A stretch of 64,000 bases of DNA. Source: Adineta vaga (taxonomy: Eukaryota; Animalia; Rotifera). Location: positions 8,618,001 to 8,682,000 of the forward strand of contig CP075493.1 of the NCBI GenBank assembly GCA_021613535.1, written 5' to 3'. Below are positions 22,601 to 35,948 of the stretch, piece after piece (the stretch's first letter is position 1; each line of letters begins with the position of its first letter). A program made the translations under genes and the position numbers. Under the pieces are notes generated by a model. It had not been told where the DNA came from. It did no database searches and saw nothing but the letters and a program-made list of their open reading frames with translations.

Positions 22601-25600
22601 GTTGATTGGATGAAAGATTTGCTTGCATACCAAATTCTTTTCCATGCGAATCGTTTGAATCGATCAAAACGTCGTCAAACATTCCAGACGTTTTTGATGC
22701 TGTTGTTGTTGTTATTGATGATGGTGATATTGTCGTCGGAGCAAATGGATCAAATAGATTTGTTGTTGTCTCATCGAGAAGATCATTCTTATGTAAATGA
22801 TTCATGTTTGAATTTGTCGTTGATATTTGCAAATCGTCGGTAATTGGATGAGTTGAGATCAATTGTAAATGATTTCTTTCGTCTAATAATAATAAGTTAG
22901 GCAATGAAGAGGATGTATCAGGGCCGATATAAACGACAGGAGACTGTGATTCATCATTGAGTAAAATAGGTGACGTTGACGCTGTTAAAAAAAAGAAAAA
23001 GAAAATGTAGTCCGTATTTTTTTTGTTCTTTTCTTCCTCGCATATTTTTTCCTTTTTTTTTACTTACCATTACCGCCATCATCATTATTAAGATTTTTAT
23101 AAAAAATAACATTTTTCTTCTCAGGTTTCTCTTCCTGTTCGGCGTCGACTTTTATCATCGTGTCAATGACACAAGAAGATGAAGATGGTATTTGCTGACT
23201 ATTTAAAACTTTCTTCTCCCATAATTCCGTTTCATTTCCATTATCTTTTATTTCATAAGATAATACGTCTGACAGATTTTGCGTTTTATTATTACCTGGA
23301 GTTTTAAATGACAGTGAATGGTTTTCTTCAGTAGTTTGAGAGGGATTGATAATTCCATGGAATTGAGAAAGTGTTTTTAATAATTCAAGATCATCATCAT
23401 CATCATCATCTTCTTCTTCTTCTTCCTCCTGAGAATCGATATTTATATCCATCATTTGATAATCTTTTTTCTGATGTACAAATTGTTGTACGTCAATGTC
23501 GGAAGTATTTGTTTGTTCGAACGATAAACATTGTTTCTGTTGTTTTCTATAAAGTGTTTCAGAAGTATCGTCTTTTTTTGCTTCTTCTTCTTCTTCTCGT
23601 TCTTGCTCGTCGTCGTTGCTGCCTCGGGTAAGGTGATTGACAGCTGTGAGAGAGGAATTATTTACTGGAGGTGTCAGTATTGTTGTTTGCCTTGGATATT
23701 GAGACGATGACGATGACGAAGCAACTAAGTTCTTTTCGCCATTTGATTCTAACGATGAATATCTCGGGTGTATAGTTCGAAGATGCTCGACTGATTCTTT
23801 TTCAATTTTATTATCGATCAACAGCTGCAATGATGGCTGGAAGGTACTACTAGTAACAGAATTTGCTTGCTTGATTAAGTCCGATTTCTATACAAAACAA
23901 GAATAGATAAATTGATTTGTTCTTTTTCTTCTGTATTTGTGCTTAGTTAACTGATATAAATAGATAATGATGACAGCTTCTATCGATTCACAGTTGCATA
24001 ATTCCTTTTTTTTTCATGTATTCTACTCTGAGATCATATCAGCTGATAGAATTGTCTAAGTACGTCAAAACACGAGAAGAAAAGTTCTCGAGTTTAAATG
24101 AACAAAATTACCTTATTAGTGTTGTCATCATGTTTATATAGAATTTCTTCAAATACTTTGGGATTATGCATCACAGCAAGAAATTCATCATCTTGATTAT
24201 TCTCATTTAATAAATGTCTCATATTAATAATCTCATGAATAAGTTCATTTTGATGAATATTAAATTGTAATTCGACAAGGTTTTTAACATTAGATGTAAG
24301 AGTTGGAAAGATTGGTTGATTAGATCTATGCATTTGTAAATCATTATTATTATCACCATCATCATCATCATCATCATCAGTAGCAGCAGCAGTAACGTCG
24401 TCTTCTTCGTCATCAAGTGCAGCTATAGGTGCTACTTGTAAGATTTTTTCTTCATTATTTTCTTCATCAATATCGACAATAGATGTTTCATCGGGAATTG
24501 GTGATAAAGAACGTGTACTATTACTTCTACTAGTTGAAGAAGGTGAACGATGAACATCAAGATTAACTTTTAAACATATATCTTCACTATCATCACGTTC
24601 GAAAGTATCACAATTGAAATTCATCACATGTTCATCATCATCCTCATCGTTCCTATCATTATTATCAGCATCACTATCAGATGATGTTTCTAATTCATCA
24701 TCACTCATAAATGTTCGAGCTTGATCAGCATAACCCATACTTAATTGTGATGAAACATTTGAACATTGAGAAGGACTACGTGATGAATCAATAAAATTGA
24801 CTTGATCAAATGGATTGATATTTAAAACTAATGGAGAATTGATTCGTTGCGGTTGAACATTGATATTTGATGAAGTCGTATGAAGAATAAGATCATCATT
24901 CCATTGCGCAACTTCATCATCTGTATCAATATCATCGTCCTGTTCATCTTGCAAATGTGAAGAAGATAAAAGTGAATCGGGTGATGATGAACGTATCGAA
25001 TCCGATTGATCAAACATATCCATTTGATCAAATGGAACTTGACCATTGTCACCACTAGCATCATTGTCATCTTCAGGTAGATTAGGATCATCAATATCAG
25101 GAATATCTTTAAATAGAGATGGAACAACAGCAGTTGTATCATGTTCTTCATCATTAAAACCATTTAAATATGTATCATCTTCAATATCATTTTCATCATG
25201 TGAATTTTCAATATGATGAACAAGTTCATCAAGAAGATAATCTTGTTCAGTATGATTAAGTAAACAATCACTATCACCATTTCGTTTTTTGTTCATTATA
25301 GTAGAAGAATGTTGAATTGGTATACCATCAAAATCATCCTCATTATCATCATCGATATCTTCCATTGAAGCTAAAGGTGGCGGTGATGATTGCATTCTTC
25401 TTGAATTTGTATGTTCAACAGTGGAAGTATTTGTTTGTTCTTCTGTTGCAACTACTTCAGTTGACGGAGACGAAGAGGCAACAAATGCTTCTCTACTAAC
25501 AGGATTTGAATCAGTAAGTAAAAACGAACCAAACATTGGTTGATAGAATTTGTTAGTATGATTGTCAGTGAGAACTATATCACAAGATACTTCATCAACA

Positions 25601-26876
25601 GACGATGTATTCTTCTCGAATATTGAAGGTAAATTATCATACAATGTTGTCAGATCTTCAACATCGGAGGTCATATTGATCAGTTGAACATTTTTCTTGC
25701 GTTCGTTGCGAAAAAAAAGCAAAGAACACGGATAGCAATAAAGAAAGAAAGAACACGCCAAAGAGAATGAAAAAAGAAGAAGAAGAAGAAGAAAAAAGTG
25801 CTGTAGAATTGGCAATAGCTGAATAAGACCGACCGAAAAAAAAGATGATGATGAGTCTGAAACAAGAAAGAAAAGCGAGCGACTAATAAGCAACTAAGCT
25901 AAGAGAATGGAGAAAGAACAACAGCAGTAGCAGCAGCAATAAAAAGCGTCAAAGACACTCTTTTCTCTTATTCTTCTTCCCTTGTTCTAACGTTTTTTCA
26001 TATACACCACTCTTACGACTCAAAACTGTCCTTCATTCATTCATAGTACTGAGGCAAGAATTCTTTTCTTTGACTTCCATTATACGTATGTGACATATTT
26101 ACAGACGAAGGCAAACGAAGAAAAAAAAGTCGACAAAGGAATTGTATAAGTACAATAAAAATGTCGATAGATTTTTCTATATTTTACAGATATACTCTCA
26201 CTCACTAATGCATCAATATACTTGCTTATGGGTAATCTAATCAGAAAGGTAAATGTTGGCTAAATGACAGACGACCTATTTTCATATGTAATCGATATAT
26301 ATATATATATGGTATGATATCATTGAAACAAATATATCTATATGTATAGTCTCTAAAGAACGAATATAACAGACATTATGATATGTGTTTATTTGTGTGA
26401 ACAAAGACGAATGTTTTATTTTTCTTAGTCATTTGCATGTTTTCGTCTCATTCATCAACATTGATATCTGACATCTAAATAAAAGAATTTTCAGCTGAAA
26501 TTCTTTTTTCTCGAAGTATCATTATGATTGTAAAATAAAAAAGACATAGCATAGGAAAGTATGAGTTATGCAGATTAATAATCATCTCTCATTTGTTACA
26601 TGTCACTGAATACAAGCAATTAACAAATGCATTCGCCCAGCAAAAGAAAAAGAAACTTACAAATTCTAAGTCCAGATCCGTCTTATCGATAGCAATAAAA
26701 TCGGATGATGAATTTGATTCTATTGAATTTTGTGTTGTTAATTCTTCTTTATCTGTCATATGAATAAGAATTTCTTCGAATGATAAATACTAAATATTCT
26801 ATAACTAGTACAAACCAGGAGTTGAATCATCCGATTGATTATCTTGTGTATTAACATGAGCATCATCGCTTTCCAT
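14426..26876 (-). CDS. Large acidic disordered protein with a C-terminal BCH (BNIP-2/CRAL-TRIO) domain, PRUNE2/BMCC1/BNIP2-like; ~13 exons, probable alternative first exon 24113-25676
   Basis: BCH motifs AVIAIYGCWLPD..YRYIMDQLF, YILVYFHG, FLRKCYQMV..RLRKNLRSVYVVHPTRWL, SNKF..KINYV. Phase-compatible splicing links exons at ~26.7-26.9k, 23065-23887, 21423-22982, 21139-21222, 20435-21076, ~20321-20382, 20096-20251 and 15858-16106 onward. Confidence 0.8.
16737..17081 (+). CDS. Small single-pass membrane protein (~93 aa), nested antisense in the BCH-gene intron
   Basis: MDTSE|RKIING...KKTLLLGFTPLVIAIVLYISLSAC. In-frame intron 16752-16814. Confidence 0.55.
17543..18292 (+). CDS. Single-pass membrane protein with a Ser/Thr-rich tail (249 aa), nested antisense
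   Basis: Long uninterrupted ORF with codon style like neighbouring genes. N-terminal TM segment AVMIGTSPIVLCLLLIAIA. Confidence 0.75.
   Translation: MIMESCSRQCLRRTLYAVMIGTSPIVLCLLLIAIARLILHQLETTCFRRQNSTDHRRSSSIFHQGGRPTLSYTPVSTTELQRIIQGKQPSDSSSSIAKNEHDSPRASRFMKSILSRSEQSPNSSSTNTLANLVIRRDALGTSPMTALLVPMSTYATPTVDIVNERSARRARGILMKQDSIERATLPPMHNRIRTVEFFDMNNSFDTEQIEYDPVLPLRTTSTNTGNFTVDEHLDFHSVRSVPYSLYHVN
18692..20099 (+). CDS. Uncharacterised low-complexity protein with polyQ (~447 aa, 2 exons), nested antisense
   Basis: ORF from 18692 splices through intron 19511-19574 into TKSPKS...Q19...ELIRKKIYELKVLID, ending at stop 20099. Confidence 0.8.
19629..19685 (+). repeat. (CAA/CAG)19 coding microsatellite (polyQ)
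   Basis: Read directly from the sequence. Confidence 0.9.
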
Positions 26877-27760
26877 TGCTTTATTATTTAGTCAAATCAA
26901 TCTAAATAAACAAAAGAATGCATGATATAAAACTTCTAATCATTGATAAACGCCTTTAGCAAACATAAAATATGTATTATAGCAATTAAATATTATTCCT
27001 TTCAGATTTGAATGATTAACTTTTGATGTAAACAAGCAAATCATGTCGAGCACATCTTTAATCAATTAGAAAGAATAAAAATAAACAAAATTTTTCATTA
27101 ACTCATTCATATCATTCGAATTATTTATATTGAAACTTGACTTTTCAAGATTATTATATCTACTTACTTATCAAGATATGTTTATTTTACCTGTATCTTA
27201 TTAAAAATAGAAGAGTATTATTTTTTTTCTTTTGTCGAAAAACAAAAGGTGTATGAAAGATGAGATCTGAAAAACTCACGCACAAACATCATACAAAAAA
27301 AAGAAGACGTGTCTTATCATATGATGCTGCTCTGTCACAGTGAGACATTTTGAAAGATAGAACAGAGTAAACGAAGAAAAATGAATAAATCATGCTGAAT
27401 ACTTGGAATATATTTGATAAATAGATTTTATAGACTAATAATATTTTATCTGAGAACAATCAAAAAGAGACAGAATAGATTGTAATGAAATTATTGACTC
27501 GATCTTTTTTTATTACTGTTGAGCATCTGAATTGACTTGATTTAAACTCGTATAAATAGACATTTATAATTAGATTTCTAATTCAATTTTTCCAATTCAT
27601 ATTTTCAATAATTCATTTCTCAGTCATAAATCAGTTCTCAAAATAAAATCATCGAATGACAATTCGGAAAAAGAAAGCAAACAATGACGTAGACATTGTT
27701 GATTCTTTTATTTCTTTTCATTTGAAGCAATTGAATTTTGGTAGGTGAAGATAAAACAAT

Positions 27761-28788
27761 ATGCTACATGCAAAATCAACTGCATTGGAAGTTGTTCAAA
27801 CTTTAAATGTTGATCTGACTGGAAAGACTGTATTGATTACCGGAGGTACAGCTGGTAAGTTTCAATAGTTGATTGATAGTAAAAATTATGCAAAGTTTTT
27901 TTCTTGTTTATATCAATAGGTATTGGATTAGAAACTGCACGAGCACTTGTTTCAGCTCATGCGTACGTTATTATCACTGGACGTGATATGATCAAGGGTA
28001 AGAAAGCTGTTGAAGATATTCAACAATCTACGAATTCTAATCAAATTGAATTAATGGAATTGCATCTTGATTCATTTGAATCCATTCGTTTATTTACTGA
28101 AGAATATATAAAAAGAAATTTATCTTTACATATTTTAATATGTAATGCTGGTGTTTTTACTGGTACTCGTAAAATAACAAAAGATGGATTTGAACACAAC
28201 TGGGGTATTAATCATTTAGCTCATTTTCTACTTGTTCAATTACTATTGCCTGTCTTACGAAAAAGTCAACCAGTACGGATAATTGTGGTTAGTTCATTAG
28301 CTAATCGGCGAGGTGGAATTGATTTTGATGATGTTAATTGGGAAAAACGTCACTATGATAAATGGGCTGCTTATGCACAAAGTAAAGTTGCAAATATACT
28401 TTTTGCTAAACAAGCAAGTCAATTATATGGTGATCAAGGTATTAAAGTGTTTAGTCTCCATCCTGGAACAATTTTTACTGATATACAAAAGGAATTTACT
28501 CAAGAAGATTGGGATAGAGTTGGTTGGATAGATAAAGAAACAGGAAAACCCATAGAACGTATTAAAACTGTAGAACAAGGCGCATCAACTAGTGTGTGGG
28601 TAGCATTAGCACCTGAATTAGAAAATCAATCGGGAGCTTATTGTGAAGATTGTGCTATTAGTCCAGGTGTTGTCCATCCATCAACTCCTATTTTATATGG
28701 CTTGGCAGCACATTCAGTAGATATGGAATTAGCAAAACGTTTATGGAAATTAAGTGAAAAATCAGTTGAAAGTTTTTTAATGAAATAA
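27761..28788 (+). CDS. Short-chain dehydrogenase/reductase (retinol-DH/WWOX-like), 2 coding exons
   Basis: STALEVV..VDLTGKTVLITGGTAG|IGLETARAL (TGxxxGxG), NAG, NHLAHF, VSS, YAQSK (YxxxK), HPG, KTVEQGAST, RLWKLSE. Confidence 0.93.
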
Positions 28789-28794
28789 ACAATT

Positions 28795-29444
28795 CTAAGA
28801 ATCTGTATTGACTATAGGAATAGTTGGAAGTACAATATGTTGTCCGTAAATATATGGATTTAATTGTAAACGATTAGGTAAACTTGGAAAATAAGATGGC
28901 TGTTTTTGATCAAACATTTGATCGAATTCCATTTGAAGTTGAGTTTCACGTGCATGAATTTTTGAAGAAGTTATTGAACCATATAACCATTCAAGTTCTA
29001 ATTGACGTAATTTTGAACGATTGATTGGAGGAAGTTTACTAATAGATTGTACATTAGGACGCACTAGAATTAAGAAAATACAATTGAAGTTTTATATTAT
29101 CTGCCTATGTTACTTTGTTCACCAGGAATCAATTCAATTTGTTCAGCTTCATTTCTCTCTTGAGTTTTTTGATCTTCTATACATGACAAAATGAAACAGA
29201 TGTTTTGCCATTTGTTTGCATGAAAAGAGAATAAATCATTTCACATACTTCGATTCGCTTTATGATCTCGTGAAAGACGATAAAAGTCAAGTAAATCATC
29301 ATCAATCATAAATTCTAAGTCTTCATCTTCTTTAGCAATCGGTTCATTTTCTTCATTTCTATTCATCATTATCGGTTCAGTTCCTTGAATCCATGTCATA
29401 GCTGTCTGATAATTTTTCCAATAAGTCAAATCATGATTTTCCAT
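28795..29444 (-). CDS. GEMIN8: Gem-associated protein 8-like (3 exons)
   Basis: YWKNYQTAMTW; acidic stretch then LLDFYRLSRDHK; LYG...KIHARETQLQMEFDQMFDQKQPSYFP.LP matches the Gemin8 C-terminus. Confidence 0.8.
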
Positions 29445-29648
29445 GATTATTATAAATTGTCTAAAACTATAACACACATATAGTTCTATTGTATTTATTT
29501 CAAATCAATTTTTTGTGTATTATGTACAAAAATAAACGTATATATCGATGTTCGATTGACAGAAGTATACGAAATAAGAAAAGAAAAGAAAAGAAAAGTT
29601 AAATACGTTCTTTTATGTTATAAAATAGAAAATAATGATCGTGCTTGA

Positions 29649-31231
29649 TCAATATGTAATTCGGTGAGAAACATTGTCAAAAGTAAAGAAATCCAACCAA
29701 TTAGACTTGTTCTTTGGATGAATTCCTAAAGAAAAATAGATATATAGAAAACGAGAATTGGTCAATAGTGGGGATACATACCCATGTTCGATCGAAAAAT
29801 ATAGCAAATAGTAGAAAATCTTGAGTATTAATCGCACTTAAATATCGCCAAAGATAAAATATCAATATTGTCAATGGTGAATGAAGAAGAGTTAACTGTA
29901 ATGCCTAGTTATATTGAAAATAATAATTGTAATAGAAAAAAAATGTCTTAATGTCTTCTTCTTACTTGTTGTTGTGCTTTATTTGTACTTGAATCTAATA
30001 AATCTTCATATAATCGTACGGATCTATCCCAAAACATAGCAGATAAAGAATATCGTAAGGCAAACAAGCTTAATGAAATAATAATTTTATCTTTTGTTTC
30101 AAGAAGATTACAATTCGTTTCTTTTTGTTCATCTTCAAGATTCAATATCATTAATTCCGATTCTTCCGAGCCAATATCAAGGGTTGGACTAGATCGTACT
30201 GATAATGATTGAGTTGTTTGTCGTGTTTTTGAACGAACTATTGGTCGTTGTTTAAAAAAGTAAAGTAGACAACCAACAACAAGACATGTGCCACCTAAAA
30301 TATCACTTATAGCATCGACATAATATCCTAAATCACCATAGTAAGATTTATATCGTTGATTTTTCGCGTGTGCACGAAAAACGACACCATCAAGGCAATC
30401 AAGAAAACTACGCGCTTGAAAGATTAATACACCAATTTGACGTCGAAATAACGATTCACTTGAGAAAAATTTGATTGAGATCAATGAAAGAAAACAATGA
30501 AAAAATGAGACAGCATTGGCTGAAATCATTGGAAAATAATATGTAAAATAGAATTTCGATTCGAGACATTCAGCTAATGGTTCTCGAATAAATTGTGTCT
30601 AAATAAAAGGAAAACAAATCCTGTGATTAACATTATGATAATAAATGAACAAATATGCTATCCATGAACGTCTATTTAGAAATCGTCTAGTTTATCATTC
30701 AAGAGTATTATCAATACTGTAGCTATTCTATTTTAATCAATTCTATTTTTTCCAGAATAAAATCTGACATGTGTCGTCAATCGGAGTGAATAAATATTCC
30801 GTCTTTTGCAAATTTAAATGTCTATATGTAGATGGTTTAAATGTATCAGATGCGATTCTAATCCTTAGTTTGATAGAAATGTAATCGTATACGTAGAAAA
30901 AGCCACTTACTGTTTGGCCAACCATAATTTTTTTGATTGGTAATGAACTAAATATTTGAATATCATTTGAAATAGAAGATAATTTTTGATTGATAAAAGT
31001 TGAATTGGTTTTATCGGTGGTTATTAAACTAAGATCTAATGGTCCTCGTGAACGTATTTTAAAATAAAGGATTACATCCATAATTTGTAAATAAATGATA
31101 AATAATAGGAAACATGAATAAATCGGATGCGTGATGAGAAGATGAAATGTTCGAACGCAAAAATGTCCACGTTGATAAACAGGTCGAGAAGGACCAGGAC
31201 CATTACTTATTTTTCGTATATCGCCAATCAT
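29649..31231 (-). CDS. CDP-alcohol phosphotransferase, ceramide phosphoethanolamine synthase (Cpes)-like
   Basis: ISANAVSFFH, SESLFRRQIGVLIFQARSFLDCLDGVVFRAH, GYYVDAISDILG (DG..AR-like...G...D...D), FWDR. Confidence 0.8.
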
Positions 31232-31946
31232 GATGAAATAATAATACCCAACATATAATCAAAGTACACTAAGGAAGAAGAAGAAGGAGAAAAAGGAGAA
31301 TCGAGGAGAAGTGTTTAAACATCAGGCCATAATCAGCTGTTCGCTCGCGATTGACAGGCAGACAGTTTATTCGTAGTCGATATGTTCTTTTCTTTCTATC
31401 GACGATGAAGAAATGAGAAGAAAAATAATGTTGACCAAATACACATAAGAATATGGGGAGATTGTCGTCTGTCTCGACTCACGTGCATTCATCTGTACCA
31501 ATAATCAGAAAGAATGAAGATCTATTTTTCTTCTCATTTTCTCCCTCTCTTTGTCAGTTTTTTCTCGATAGAATGCAAGGCATTTTTCCTCGCATCGATT
31601 TCTAGATGACGAAGAAGAACAAAAAAAAATAGACCTTTTCTCCTTGCTAAATAGACTTGTGCTGTGCGATGAGAGAAAAAACACACGCCCAACTTATATG
31701 GATCCAATAATCATTTGCAAACACACATACATGATAACGTTATAGTTGTGCTATTTGCTAATATAGAATTGAGTCATCGGACATGCTGATAATTTGCAGT
31801 TCCTTTTTGCTTGATAAATATGAAATCGATTATATTCAAGATTGAAAAAAAACACAGATTATTAATTAATAAAAAGAGAGAGAGAGAGAAAAGGCCAAAT
31901 AAATAGAAATGTGTGTTTTTTTTCTGAAATTAAGAGGGGAAAATGA

Positions 31947-33543
31947 TTAATTTGTATCCATTGTATTGTCAGACGGATTTGTTCTCTTTTTATAATGTTT
32001 AGTTAAAGCTTGTATAAAGACTTGAAAATCACTTTGATGGATAGCATTGTTTACTTCTTCTGAAAGACCAAGTTGAGAAAGAATAGATTTCAATTCACCT
32101 GATCGAAAAGCAGTACTAAATAGAAATAAAAAAACATATTTGAAAGACAAGTTGTACTATTGAACAAACCTAAATGCATTAGTAATCTGTTGAAATTCAG
32201 GTGACTGAATTGATTCTCTCAATTCTTTTTCTGTATTTGATATTGAATGACCTTCAGGTAAATGTGATCGCAATTTTTCTTGAATATCTTTATTGCTTAA
32301 TAATGGAATCAAAGTCTAAAATAAGAACAATAAAAATAGCCTTGAATGAGTTTCCTAGTAAAGAACATACTTCACTATCTGCAACATTAAGAGAAGATTC
32401 TGATGATGCTATTTCAGTTTTTTCAGTTGTACTGTTATTTAGATTCGCAAGAACATTTGTTAAAGCACTCATCTGTATAGAACTATTTTTTTGTCCGACC
32501 GATGCTGTCGAACTTGTAGCAGTTGAAGGAACTGTCGCTGCTGCTGCTGCTGTTGTTGCTGCCGTTGTTGATGATGATGAACTACTACTACCACGACTTG
32601 TTGAAGTTGATGTTGTTCCTGAGGTAAGTGTTGAAGTTGGCGCTGTATTTGGACGTGAACTTGCTGATTGTTGAGCTCTTGTACTTGCACGTGATGGTAC
32701 GAGTCTTTGTGAAGCTGAAGCACCTGTATTTTCACCGCTGCGTTGAAGTCCTTGCAATAAACTAGCAGCACCACCACTACCACCACGTCCAAATGTAGAA
32801 AGTAACGATGCAAGATCAGTTGGATTCATACCTATAGCAACATATAGACATTAAGAAGAAATACAGAAAGGAAAGAAAAGAAATGAATTTTTTTACCACG
32901 AATAACATTTGATATATCATTTGTATCGAGGCCACCAGCACCTCCCGCCATACGTTCCATGAGAGGTTGCAATGGATGAGCACTATTCGAATTATCATCA
33001 AAACCAGGCGTTGGTGGATGATTTAGCTAATAAACAGACGATCAATCATGGTCGAATTTGAGACAATAATGACTTACAAAATCGTTAATTTTTTTACAAA
33101 ATTCTTCATCTTTATCATCTTTTGATTCTTGCATCCAAAAGAAGAATTTACGAGCATTACTCTTCCATTTAAGAATATACACACGTCCTAAACAAAAAAT
33201 GTTCTTTTCCGACCATACAGATAAATGAAGCTCATATACCTGTCGTATTTTGTGTAACTTTTTTGAATTCGATTTCATCTGGAAATATCACCAAATCATC
33301 TTCTGGTGAACTATTTGATCGATCTTTCCAACATAAATGCATGAGCATATCATTACCTTGATATAAATAAAGAAGTCCCTTTCGTTTATCAGGATAGACC
33401 TAAAATGTAATGTTCAAAGAGAAAAAAACTATGATGAAATTGATTTCACAGACCATGTTACCGCGTAAATTCATTTTGCCGGCTTTAAATTCGATTAAAT
33501 TTTTAGCACGTACTTGAGAAGTTGCTCCACCGAACAGTGACAT
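31947..33543 (-). CDS. ADRM1: Proteasomal ubiquitin receptor Rpn13
   Basis: PRU domain: [47 protein letters not shown] domain: HLPEG...QSPEFQQ. Confidence 0.95.
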
Positions 33544-34142
33544 GTTTGTTATGTTTAAATTTTGAAAGAAATGATATTGATAACGTTCGATACGCACATA
33601 TGATGATGATGATGATGACTAATACCGTACACTGATTCGATTGGTACAATTTACCATCAATCTGGTTCCCACACCCTCTTGTTAACACTTCTTCTGAAAT
33701 GTGTATGATATAAACAAGAGAAATTAACTTCATTCAGATGTCTATTTTAATTAAGACTGTCATAGAGTTCAAATAAGATCTATTCAAAAAAAGAAAAACT
33801 TGTATTAACTGGTGGCTCCCTCTCTTCTTTCTACATAGTACACGGTGTGACACACACATCTCTAATCTCTAAAGTAAAATTGCTCCTTAAATCAGACACA
33901 AATATCCATTCTTCGATAAGAAAATACATTTCAGAAATTTTCATTTTTATTCGATTCATATTCTATATTTATTTCAAAGAGTTTACTTTACTACATGTTA
34001 CTGCTAATATATCGTATATGAACAGAAAAAATATACAAAAAACGAAGTTCAATATCTGATTAACACGAAAATATCATGAGACTTTAACATAAAGACATGT
34101 CTTGTGTTTTATGCAAATCACAGAAATAAAAATATCACAGAA

Positions 34143-35697
34143 TCAATCGTCATCAGTATCATCCTTTGGCATTTGTACACGTGCTTTCTTCTTCGCTGGA
34201 CGTTGATCATAGATTGATGAACTTTGCACAAACTCAGCAGCTTCTTCTTTTAATAAATCAATTTCACTATCATCTGTAGAAACATCTTCATCGTCATTTT
34301 CCGATTGTCGAGCTTTTCGATGTGGTTTCCAGGCTTTATCCGAAGCATCCAAAGAATCTCCTACTATATGCAAAACGAACATTAACGTGAAAATAAAATA
34401 AAAGATCAATTATTTGTATACTCTCTCGATCAATTCGTGCACTATCATCAAGTTTTTCATCATCAATAAAACTATCATTGTAATCATATTCATTTGGTAA
34501 TCCATCGTCATCATCTTCATCATCATCATCATCATCTTTTGCTAAAAATTAACTCAATACAATCCATCACTATAGCTTTGTTCCTTCGTACCTTTACGTT
34601 TCGATGAATTCTGACTAGGTTTAGTTACTGATGATCGTTTCTTTGTATGACTGTATTCAGTAAAATGATCAGGATTTTTTCGATAGCAATCAGTTCCATA
34701 TGGGCATTCAGGTTTTGTTTCATCTGTATCATTCTCTTTGTTATCCCAATCGGGATCTCCAGGATGAATAGCTTCTTGTCGATGCGCTGGATTTTTTCTA
34801 TAACAAAATTTTCCATAGGGACATCGTTCCCGTTTCGAAGACTTTGTAGTTGTCTTTGGTGTTTGAACTGTAAAAGAAAACACGGGAAAATGAATAAAAT
34901 TGGAACAAAATAAAACAAGTTTTATTAACCATTTGTTGTTTTAGTAGAAGATACTCCATTAGATTCCTTCTCCTCTTCATCATTATTATCATCGTCGTCG
35001 TCGTCATCATAAACAACTCCTTCAACTTTCTTTCGTCCAATATCTAGAAAGAAAAAGATTCAAAAATCAAATTCATATTATAAAGTAATTTACATGTTCG
35101 ATATTTCGAGGGTGATGGAGTTGTCTTTGTGGGTGTGATCGTTGTTTTACTCTTGTCTCGTCCTTTAGGAGTTTTTGGTTCTGATGTTGCAACATTCGAC
35201 ATCCATGTTGGTAATGCTCGAGTGGTACGCAAGATAATACCACCTTCAGGTTGTAAACTTGGATCTTTAATAGGAGATTTCTCTTTACTGTCACTCTTGA
35301 CCGGTGAATGTTCTTTGTTTTGAACTGGTGATTTGGGCACTGCCGATGGTTCTTTTATTTGCTCTTGATTTTGATCTGGATCTGTCAATTTAATTGATAT
35401 ACGATAAAAATAATCATCTGGTAGGAGACCAATTTCATCGTTATCATCCAATTGAAATTCTTGATCTTTTGTTAAAGTGATCAATTGACTTGATTTTGTT
35501 CTGTAAAATGTTGGATTATGATGAATAGGTTTTATCCATAGAGTTCCATCAGATTTTACATGTAGTTCAGCATGGTTGCGAGAGATTTTCTTATCTAAAC
35601 AACCAATATTTGGTGTACGACCAATTGTTGTTACAGTTGTATTATCAAGAACGAGTCGATTGCCTTTTTCTAATGGTATCAATTCTATAGTAGACAT
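34143..35697 (-). CDS. APLF: Aprataxin and PNK-like factor
   Basis: FHA domain (IGR..ISRNHA..NP), Ku-binding-like RALPTWM, two PBZ fingers (CPYGKFCYRKNPAH; CPYGTDCYRKNPDH), acidic tail with EYDYNDSFIDD. Confidence 0.93.
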
Positions 35698-35948
35698 TAT
35701 GTGAATCACAAACTAATATCTAATCAAATTTATTTCGATTTTTATCTGTCACTGTCAGTCATTGCCAAACGTCGATGTAAGATCAGTGTTTGGTTAGTTA
35801 TCAAATGAAAATTGAGAAAAATAAATGAATTTTAGATGTCGCTGAAAATTAGAATTTCACCTGTCCAATGAAATTACATAATATTTATAATAAGAAAAAT
35901 ATAAGAAACTGTTATATCTATATATCAGAATCACATCTGAACTGAACA
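35698..35948. promoter_or_regulatory. Probable bidirectional promoter between APLF and HPF1
   Basis: 251 bp between two divergent ATGs. Contains a CCAAT and a TGACTGACAG motif (minus strand). Confidence 0.55.

Noticed and set aside
32201-32674. Antisense ORFs such as 32201-32674, 17794-18225, 19057-19419, 22400-22843 and 63318-63719
   Set aside because: Shadow frames of low-complexity exons on the opposite strand.
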